Source of the DNA: Idiomarina loihiensis L2TR
GTDB taxonomy: Bacteria; Pseudomonadota; Gammaproteobacteria; Enterobacterales; Alteromonadaceae
Assembly (NCBI RefSeq): GCF_000008465.1
Contig: NC_006512.1
Span: 1,680,001 to 1,712,000, forward strand
DNA: 32,000 nt
Reading direction: 5' to 3'
Positions 18,915 through 25,017 of this stretch are shown piece after piece. Each line of letters opens with the position of its first letter. The stretch's first letter is position 1. The translations under genes were made by a program, and so were the position numbers. The notes beneath the pieces are model-generated. The model saw nothing but the letters and a program-made list of their open reading frames with translations, did not search any database and was not told where the DNA came from.

Positions 18915-19826
18915 ATGCGCAGCTTTAATCTATTTCTCTTTTTTACATTTTTGACCCTAAGCGGCTATTCAGTGGCTGCGTCGAAATTAACGTTTGAGAC
19001 AGAGACGCTTCAGCGGCAATTAATGCCCGACTCTAGAATCACCTATCACCTTGGTTCAAGAGCAAAGCCAGCAAATAATCTACTGCTTATATTGCAAGGT
19101 TCCGACTGCCGGAGTTCATTAACAAACCATTCTATTAAAGAAGTTTTACCCAAAGTACGACTCGACGCCGATGTTCTGCTCATTGAGAAATGGGGACTGA
19201 CACCAGAAACCAACGAATGCCCGCAAACCTACATCGACAATGACTCACCATCGCAGCGAGTAAATGATGCCAGGCAGGTGCTGGAACACCTTAACGAAAC
19301 TAAAAGTTATCAGTCAGTTTACGTTCTCGGTGGCAGTGAAGGAGCCGTTATTGCCGTCATGCTGCGCGAAGCGTTCCCCGGCATTAGCGCCACTATCGCA
19401 TTTAACGGTGGCGGTAATTCATTTCAGAACGACATTGAGCACAATATAAAAGCATCGACACCCGCAGAGGTTAGAGCATCGGTACTTGCCGAGTTTCACG
19501 AGTTTGCGAAGCAAATAAAAACATCAAATGAGCCCTTTTCTGTTAACTCAAGCCAGCATGGCTACAAGTGGTGGAAGGAAATGCTTACCCTCGAGCAAAC
19601 CAAAGTCATCGAACGCGGGAAAACACCTCTGCTTATTATTCAGTCGAGGCAGGACGCTTCAGTAGACCCAGAGCAAACCCAGGTAATGATAGAAAACCTG
19701 AGTAGCACGGAGAACGTTGACTATCAGTACTTTGAAGAGCTTAACCACGGCCTAAGAAAAGAAAATGGCGACAGTATTGATGACTCCGCACTGGCTGCCA
19801 TGCGAGGATGGTTTCAGAAACACTGA
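18915..19826 (+). CDS. Exported alpha/beta-fold hydrolase
   Basis: 303-aa ORF with a signal peptide. It has the nucleophile elbow GGSEGA (GxSxG), and acid and His candidates (QDASVD and ELNHGL) in the expected order. Confidence 0.7.
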   Translation: MRSFNLFLFFTFLTLSGYSVAASKLTFETETLQRQLMPDSRITYHLGSRAKPANNLLLILQGSDCRSSLTNHSIKEVLPKVRLDADVLLIEKWGLTPETNECPQTYIDNDSPSQRVNDARQVLEHLNETKSYQSVYVLGGSEGAVIAVMLREAFPGISATIAFNGGGNSFQNDIEHNIKASTPAEVRASVLAEFHEFAKQIKTSNEPFSVNSSQHGYKWWKEMLTLEQTKVIERGKTPLLIIQSRQDASVDPEQTQVMIENLSSTENVDYQYFEELNHGLRKENGDSIDDSALAAMRGWFQKH

Positions 19827-19846
19827 GAACGGTATGAGCTGCAGAT

Positions 19847-20062
19847 ATGAAAACAGATAATAAAATACTTTCGACCATATACTTGGCGCTGGTTTTGATT
19901 GGTGGTTACCTTGTGGGCGGTACCATCGTCAAGTCCTTTCAAGCGAGTGAGCTCACTCTACACAGTACAGAGTTTAAAGATTTTCTCATAGCACTACTTA
20001 TTTCATCGCTTTACCACTGGTGGACAGCGCGTAAAGATAAAATCAAAAACGAGCGGCTTTAA
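19847..20062 (+). CDS. Small two-TM membrane protein, unknown function
   Basis: 71-aa ORF with two hydrophobic helices. It starts 21 nt after the hydrolase stop. There is no family recognition and support comes from coding potential only. Confidence 0.4.
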   Translation: MKTDNKILSTIYLALVLIGGYLVGGTIVKSFQASELTLHSTEFKDFLIALLISSLYHWWTARKDKIKNERL

Positions 20063-20068
20063 TTCTGC

Positions 20069-20917
20069 CTAACGGCGATCAAAGTAAGACTGCTCATTAA
20101 GCGTTTTATAAACACCTTCTATATTCTGAGGCAGCCACTCGTTGTACATTTTTAAATCGGAAAATTCATCAAGCTTTATGTCCTGCTGAAGTGTTTCCAA
20201 ACTTTTGCCAGCCAACATACCGTCGCGAACCTCAGCATATAAGGCTTCCAAATAGCTCAAATAGCGCTCGACATCCTTACCCGTTCCCATTTCTGCATGA
20301 GCACCAACAAACACATCAAATGGCTTTTCCTCTAACACGGCTTTTGTCGAGCGTATCATTCCGTGAATGTCATAGCCCGGAAGCGTTTGGTAAGGCATGC
20401 GATCCAGCACAATCCAGTCAGCCACGAACAGTACATTCTCAGGCATAAAGCGCATGCTAACAGAACCTCGACCATTATTCGGGCCGTAATATTTCATTTG
20501 AACCGATTGTTCACCAAGCTTAATAGTCAGCTCGTCACTAAACGTCATTGTGGGCAAAGCGGTCGGTGTTTTTGTCCAACGCAAATCCTCATCGGCGTAT
20601 TCATGCGCAATAACATCAACACCTTCTGAAGCGAATACCTCACCACCTAACGTATGGTCAACATGGTTATGGCTATAAGCCAGGTAACGCACTCGCTGAT
20701 CAAAGCGTTCTGATAACTCATTTTTAAGGTATTGAGCCGCGTCTTTGTTGATTGGATCAGTAACAAAAATGCCCTGCTCCGTTACCATAAACACTGAATG
20801 ATAATGATCCGCCGAGAACCGATAAACATTGCCCTTAACCTTTTCAATAGCGTAGTCAGCTGCCATTACCGTCGTGCAAGCACTGAACCATAAAGCCAGA
20901 GTCAGAAATAGTCTCAT
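20069..20917 (-). CDS. Exported MBL-fold metallo-hydrolase
   Basis: 282-aa ORF with a signal peptide (..TTVMA). The HxHxDH motif appears as YSHNHVDHTLGG, and later His/Asp ligands (IAHEY, GAHAE) are present. Confidence 0.8.
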   Translation of the reverse strand: MRLFLTLALWFSACTTVMAADYAIEKVKGNVYRFSADHYHSVFMVTEQGIFVTDPINKDAAQYLKNELSERFDQRVRYLAYSHNHVDHTLGGEVFASEGVDVIAHEYADEDLRWTKTPTALPTMTFSDELTIKLGEQSVQMKYYGPNNGRGSVSMRFMPENVLFVADWIVLDRMPYQTLPGYDIHGMIRSTKAVLEEKPFDVFVGAHAEMGTGKDVERYLSYLEALYAEVRDGMLAGKSLETLQQDIKLDEFSDLKMYNEWLPQNIEGVYKTLNEQSYFDRR

Positions 20918-21323
20918 TACTTATTGCTCCTCAAGCGAGTTGACCTTTGCAGTATAAAAACGCTTAGCACACCTAATGAATAGTCTTTCACGTTAGCTGC
21001 TAATTCTGCATTGTTCCAGAAACAAGAATCGTATCTTTCTCAAACTAACCGAATAGTGGCCGGCAGTTTTGATGCTCACTTACCTCCGCAATATTGCTTA
21101 CTTTATTATTGTGTTGTGTATTTAACTCGTTTAAGGTCAATTACATAATAAAAACGAAAATTAGATATTGTGCACTCGTTAGACTAGAAATGAGCATGCT
21201 CGAATTGCTTTGCCTGCTTTCGGCGGGCTTTTTGAAAAATAAATTGAGTTATTAAAGGGTTCGAAGAAAAAAGAAGAAATTTAATGAAAGTCGAAGTGCG
21301 CATGCACAATATATAAATGTTAA

Positions 21324-21698
21324 ATGCCTATGAAAGCACCATGTCAATGCAAAGAATCTCCAGAGCTTGTCGACTTGAGCAAAGAGGGAAAGGAGCTCGT
21401 AGCGGAATTCTCAGAGTTAGATGTCGGCAACTGGGTTTACTTGATGAAATGCCCTACCTGCGGGCAGTTGTGGCGCGTGGATGAGTGGGACAAATACCAG
21501 CCGCAGTATGCCGTTAAGCTCCCTACTTCCGAGAATTGGCAAGCTTTTGAAGCAATTCCACTTATCAAGAAAAAGATAGTAGAAAACAGAGGTGGTATTT
21601 CGGAGCAGTTGTGCATGTGGCGCAATTGCAATGAAAAGCAGGTAAATGGTTCGGCTTTTTGCGTAGATCATCTGTACGAGACTGGTGCGCGAAGCTGA
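21324..21698 (+). CDS. Cassette 1: Cys-rich zinc-ribbon protein, unknown function
   Basis: 124-aa ORF (or 122 aa from the ATG at 21330). Cys pairs are CQC...CPTC (zinc-ribbon-like), and there is a C-terminal C-x4-C-x10-C-x2-H. No SD is visible. Confidence 0.6.
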   Translation: MPMKAPCQCKESPELVDLSKEGKELVAEFSELDVGNWVYLMKCPTCGQLWRVDEWDKYQPQYAVKLPTSENWQAFEAIPLIKKKIVENRGGISEQLCMWRNCNEKQVNGSAFCVDHLYETGARS

Positions 21699-21702
21699 AA
21701 GC

Positions 21703-21789
21703 ATTTAACCAATCAATTAAGTTCGTTCCCGGCCTGGCGGCCGTCCACCGGACACCCCTGACGGGCCGCCGCTTATTTCAGCGTTGTGC
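21703..21789 (+). repeat. attC site 1
   Basis: R'' is ATTTAAC (21703-09) and R' is GTTGTGC (21783-89). The inner boxes are AATTAAG and CTTATTT, with 5- and 4-nt spacers. The central GC-rich stem pairs GGCGGCCGTC with GACGGGCCGCC and has one extrahelical G. Confidence 0.8.
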
Positions 21790-21813
21790 TCAATATAACC
21801 AAAGGGGCGTTTA

Positions 21814-22599
21814 ATGTTTTCTGATTTGTTTGCTTCTAGTAGAAGTGTCTTTAAAGAACGTGTATCCAGCCCACTCTATGGGGCAATTGTTATTTCATGG
21901 TTATTATGGAACTGGCAAATTCCTTACTTAACACTGTTTGTAAGTGAGGAAAATCTTGATAGTGACAAAATATCCTGGATTGCTGAAAATCATAGCAACT
22001 GGGTGTTGTTAGTACTTTACCCTGCGCTCTCGGCATTCGCCCTTGTTCTTGTTATGCCATTCTTTACAAATGGTGCCTATTGGGTAAGTCTTCGATTCCG
22101 AAAATGGCGAATCGACTCACAACAATCCATAGAAAAGAAGACGCTCCTTACACTTGAACAGTCAATCGCTCTTCGGGAGGAAGTCCTGGCCCAGGAAGAG
22201 CGAATTGAAAAAATGCTCGAGGCAAAAAATCGAGAAATTAAGCAATTGAGCACTCAAATCGCAGATTTAGAGGATAGGTTGAAGTCAGAGGATGAATCAG
22301 AAGAAGCTAGACAGACTCGGACAGAAAAGCACAGCCCGCATTATGTAGATGATGATGAAAATGCCAAAGAACTGGCAAAGAAGATTTTTAATAGCCATAA
22401 GGCTAATAAAACCTTTGAGAAAGCAATAGAGTTTATTCAAGGTGGATATTCAGGCCTGCTTCAAGAGAATGAAGTCGACTCAAGGTCATTAGCGTTTCTT
22501 GAGGCTAATAACGTGATTGAAAACACTGGTGAAGGGCAGTACCGCTTTTCGGATTTTGGAAAGAAGGTTCTCCGAGTGTATACGGATTTTGAAATTTGA
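21814..22599 (+). CDS. Cassette 2: membrane-anchored coiled-coil protein, unknown function
   Basis: 261-aa ORF with an AAGGGG SD. It has two TM helices (YGAIVISWLLWNW and VLLVLYPALSAFALVLVMPFF) and a charged heptad-like segment (LEQSIALREEVLAQEERIEKMLEAKNREIKQLSTQIADLEDRLK). The C-terminal ~80-aa globular part has a winged-helix-like appearance. Confidence 0.7.
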   Translation: MFSDLFASSRSVFKERVSSPLYGAIVISWLLWNWQIPYLTLFVSEENLDSDKISWIAENHSNWVLLVLYPALSAFALVLVMPFFTNGAYWVSLRFRKWRIDSQQSIEKKTLLTLEQSIALREEVLAQEERIEKMLEAKNREIKQLSTQIADLEDRLKSEDESEEARQTRTEKHSPHYVDDDENAKELAKKIFNSHKANKTFEKAIEFIQGGYSGLLQENEVDSRSLAFLEANNVIENTGEGQYRFSDFGKKVLRVYTDFEI

Positions 22600-22604
22600 A
22601 AATG

Positions 22605-22696
22605 GCACAACAAAGGGCTCAACCGGACGTCGGAACAGGTTTGGCGGCAAAGCCTGGTAAACTCAGTTGCGGCGCCGGTTAGCCTAGACGTTACCT
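22605..22696 (+). repeat. attC site 2
   Basis: The layout is canonical. R'' is GCACAAC (22605-11), followed by a 4-5-nt spacer and L'' GGGCTCAACC (contains GCTCAAC at 22617-23). L' is GGTTAGCC (22677-84), followed by the 5-nt spacer TAGAC and R' GTTACCT (22690-96). Confidence 0.85.
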
Positions 22697-22709
22697 TTAT
22701 TGAGGAGGC

Positions 22710-23288
22710 ATGGTGGAAGCTAATTATTGGCAGTACTATCTTTCGTTTGAGGAAGATGTTGATCGCCTTTTTCGCTACATCGAACCCGCGGAGTACAACT
22801 TTACCGTTTACTCGGTAGAACTAACTCGGTTGTACTTGGCAATATGTTCCGAAATCGACGTAATACTAAAAGCATACTGCAAGCTCCTCGATGAGGGCTC
22901 TAAGCCGTCAAATATTAACGAATATGCGGAAATGGTCGTTTCATCGAAGAAAGGGTTGTGTTCTGAGACTGTCAATTTTCAGAGATTCGGAGTTTCAATG
23001 ACGCCATTTTCAGAGTGGAAGCAGTCGTCCACGCCAACTTGGTGGAAAAAGCATAATGGTGTAAAGCACAACCGGAACGTCAACTTTAAGGACGCTAATC
23101 TGGGTAACGTTCTCAACGCGTTTGCAGCATTGTACTTGCTAAACCTTTACTACTACCAAGAACGACGCTGTATCGAGCTGCAAGAACAAGGGTTCTCCGA
23201 GTCGCTCGAGGAAACGGCAGCTTCACTGAAGTCGCGTTTAGATGTACTTAGAATAGATAGTGTTTGGCTAAGCTTTATGGAAAGGTAA
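22710..23288 (+). CDS. Cassette 3: 192-aa helical protein with a W-W-K-K-H-N-G-V-K-H-N-R patch, unknown function
   Basis: The ORF has GAGGAGG immediately upstream, and its stop TAA is embedded in the attC inverse core (GGTAAC). There is no TM segment and no family assignment. Confidence 0.7.
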   Translation: MVEANYWQYYLSFEEDVDRLFRYIEPAEYNFTVYSVELTRLYLAICSEIDVILKAYCKLLDEGSKPSNINEYAEMVVSSKKGLCSETVNFQRFGVSMTPFSEWKQSSTPTWWKKHNGVKHNRNVNFKDANLGNVLNAFAALYLLNLYYYQERRCIELQEQGFSESLEETAASLKSRLDVLRIDSVWLSFMER

Positions 23289-23366
23289 CAAAGCCAATCA
23301 CGGCGACGCCCGCTACATTTCGGCTTCGTCTTTATTTCGTAGCCGCGCATGTTGGCGGCGTTATAC
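23283..23366 (+). repeat. attC site 3
   Basis: R'' is AGGTAAC (23283-89), followed by spacer AAAGC and L'' CCAATCA... L' is ...CATGTTGG, followed by spacer CGGC and R' GTTATAC (23360-66). An internal CGCTAC/GTAGCCG stem is present. Confidence 0.8.
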
Positions 23367-23381
23367 ACAAAGGATTAAGCA

Positions 23382-24407
23382 ATGGAGTCAATTCCACCAT
23401 ACGAAGGAAAACCTACTGTTTACCTTGATCAGAATGTTTTAGATTTCTTCACGAAACAAGGATTGGGTGAGTTTGGGCAAATGCTTTTAGAAGATTATCA
23501 AGTAGTTTACTCAGATGAAACACTCAAGGAAATTCGGCGTTCTAAAGGTTTTGAAGAAAACTTTCTCAACGTACTCAAAGATCTGAAAGCTTACCATTTA
23601 AAGCTAATTGTTGAGCAGCCAAACTTCACGATCACCGACAACGCCACAATATGTAAACGTGATCCTTATGATATCTATAAGCAGTACTGTGAAAGTTGTG
23701 ACGATGGTCTCGACATAGAATATGCAATGCAACAATCATTGTTCAAGTTTTCTGGTGGAAGAAAGGGGGAAAGTCTTAACGATATTCATAACGAACAGGT
23801 CGCCGCATTCTCCGAGCTAATGGATTCATTAATGGATATCTCTGACGAGTTACCTGAAGAGATACAAAAACAATTGCAAGTCTATGGTGAGGAGATGACT
23901 TCTCAATACAAAGCAACATTAGCAAAAACTGAAAATATGATGCTTGAGAGTATTGAAGATGATAGAAATTGGGATGGTATTAAAGACTTCCGGTTAGCGC
24001 TCGGAATTGGTCCCATGCAACTTAATAATATTGATCCGCCGGATGTACTTGTAAAAATTTGGGATAAACTAAGAGCGCTCCCAGCTTATAGTCAAGCAAA
24101 CATGGATATAGAAGATTTTTTTCAATTAAAAAAGCATCCGATTTACCCAGAGCAACCTTACTTCAAGCACCAAAAAGTGACGGTTATTTATAATATGCTA
24201 AATACTTTGGGATATTATCCAGACTCAAAAGTACACAAAGAAAGACGGTTCATTGCTGCTGTAAGTGATAACAGTCACGCATCCATAGCCTCATTTTGTA
24301 ATTTCCTCGTGTCCAACGATGAATACTTTATTAAAAAGGTTAATGCCGCATATGAATATCTTGAAGTGCCAACAATAGCAAATCAGGTGGTTTTCAATTA
24401 TGCATAA
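23382..24407 (+). CDS. Cassette 4: 341-aa protein with split PIN-like nuclease signature
   Basis: AAGGA SD 7 nt upstream of the ATG. The N-terminus reads PTVYLDQNVLDFF, followed by VVYSDETLKEI (first Asp and Glu of a PIN fold). The C-terminus reads AAVSDNSHASIASFCNFLVSNDEYFIKK, matching the PIN pattern D-x3-a-x2-A-x6-LV(T/S)-x-D-x2-F with 17-residue D-to-D spacing. About 240 aa of unassigned sequence lies between them. Confidence 0.7.
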   Translation: MESIPPYEGKPTVYLDQNVLDFFTKQGLGEFGQMLLEDYQVVYSDETLKEIRRSKGFEENFLNVLKDLKAYHLKLIVEQPNFTITDNATICKRDPYDIYKQYCESCDDGLDIEYAMQQSLFKFSGGRKGESLNDIHNEQVAAFSELMDSLMDISDELPEEIQKQLQVYGEEMTSQYKATLAKTENMMLESIEDDRNWDGIKDFRLALGIGPMQLNNIDPPDVLVKIWDKLRALPAYSQANMDIEDFFQLKKHPIYPEQPYFKHQKVTVIYNMLNTLGYYPDSKVHKERRFIAAVSDNSHASIASFCNFLVSNDEYFIKKVNAAYEYLEVPTIANQVVFNYA

Positions 24408-24461
24408 CAAAGCGTTTAAGCAAAGACGCAGCCAGCTGCGTCACTTATCTTTGCGTTACAA
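24402..24461 (+). repeat. attC site 4 (short; 3' boundary less certain)
   Basis: R'' is GCATAAC (24402-08) and overlaps the stop codon. The stem pairs GCAAAGACGCAG with CTGCGTCACTTATCTTTGC, with bulged bases. The R' candidate is GTTACAA (24455-61). An alternative pairing of the two CAAAG copies makes the box assignment ambiguous. Confidence 0.6.
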
Positions 24462-24480
24462 ACAACCGGAGTCTTAAGCT

Positions 24481-24861
24481 ATGAATCTGAACCAGGTCAC
24501 CTTGCCCGTCACCAATATGGAAAAGGCTACGGAGTTCTATCGCAAGATGGGGTTCCTTCAAATTGTAGATACTCCACACTACGCCAGATTTGAATGCCCG
24601 GAGGGAACGTCGACGTTCTCCCTTTCATTGGATGATTCTGGGGGTTCAAATAAGAGCGTGATTTATTTTGAACACCAAGAGCTTGACGACCTTGTTGCCG
24701 AGTTGAAGTCCAAAGGACTTGAATTTGATCAAGAGCCAACGGATATGCGGTACTTATGGCGCGAGGCCATACTCCATGATCCCTCCGGCAACAAAATCAA
24801 ACTGTACTGGGCAGGTGAGAATCGTCTAAATCCGCCGTGGCGAGTTGAGCTCGGTGCATAA
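24481..24861 (+). CDS. Cassette 5: VOC-family (glyoxalase / bleomycin-resistance / dioxygenase fold) protein
   Basis: 126-aa ORF with a GGAG SD. It shows the beta-alpha-beta-beta-beta module pattern (VTLPVTNMEKATEFYRKMGF ... ILHDPSGNKIKLY) typical of the VOC superfamily. Confidence 0.8.
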   Translation: MNLNQVTLPVTNMEKATEFYRKMGFLQIVDTPHYARFECPEGTSTFSLSLDDSGGSNKSVIYFEHQELDDLVAELKSKGLEFDQEPTDMRYLWREAILHDPSGNKIKLYWAGENRLNPPWRVELGA

Positions 24862-24932
24862 CAAACCAATGTTGGCTGCCTCGGAAGCGTGGTACACGCA
24901 CAAATAATAACTCTGCCCGACAGTAGTTAAAA
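24856..24932 (+). repeat. attC site 5 (distal, degenerate; 3' boundary uncertain)
   Basis: R'' is GCATAAC (24856-62), followed by spacer AAACC and L'' AATGTTGGC. The central hairpin is GCGTG-gta-CACGC. L' is GCCCGACA and the R' candidate is GTTAAAA (24926-32). Confidence 0.5.
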
Positions 24933-25017
24933 CTCTGAAGGCCGTAATTAATTGGTATTCAAGCCCTGAGTTTCAGGTTGGTGACATTCGTTCAGGACAA
25001 ATTGTGGTGAAGACTCA

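Larger units (their letters stand above)
21319..24932 (+). mobile_element. Integron gene-cassette array without integrase in the window (CALIN): five cassettes, five attC sites
   Basis: Five co-oriented ORFs are each followed within 0-8 nt by a 60-92-bp imperfect palindrome bounded by RYYYAAC (5') and GTTRRRY (3'). The 5' end of each cassette is complementary to the inverse core at its own 3' end.
- Cassette 1: GTTAAATGC (21319-27) vs GCATTTAAC (21701-09), 9 of 9.
- Cassette 2: GTTGTGC (21783-89) vs GCACAAC (22605-11), 7 of 7.
- Cassette 3: GTTACCTTT (22690-98) vs AAAGGTAAC (23281-89), 9 of 9.
- Cassette 4: 7 of 9.
- Cassette 5: 6 of 9.

Cassette lengths are 464, 907, 670, 1095 and 471 bp. 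Confidence 0.85.

Noticed and set aside
21190-21255. 21-codon hydrophobic ORF (MSMLELLCLLSAGFLKNKLSY) as a type I toxin-like peptide
   Set aside because: It has no Shine-Dalgarno and is too short to assess. The hydrophobic stretch coincides with the GC-rich hairpin, so the coding signal may be an artefact of the stem. It is kept only as a note within the left-boundary finding.
20918-21318. Integron integrase (intI) or its remnant immediately left of the cassette array
   Set aside because: There is no ORF of 60 aa or more in any frame, and I could not spot tyrosine-recombinase motifs. The flanking gene is an MBL hydrolase. The array is therefore called a CALIN rather than a complete integron.
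21417-21704. Minus-strand ORFs (95 and 64 aa) inside cassette 1
   Set aside because: Their orientation is opposite to the attC polarity and to all other cassette genes. The plus-strand ORF has paired-Cys motifs, and these have none.
24963-24978. Hairpin CCTGA-gtt-TCAGG as terminator of the 974-aa receptor gene
   Set aside because: The stem is only 5 bp and no T-tract follows on the minus strand. This is not convincing.
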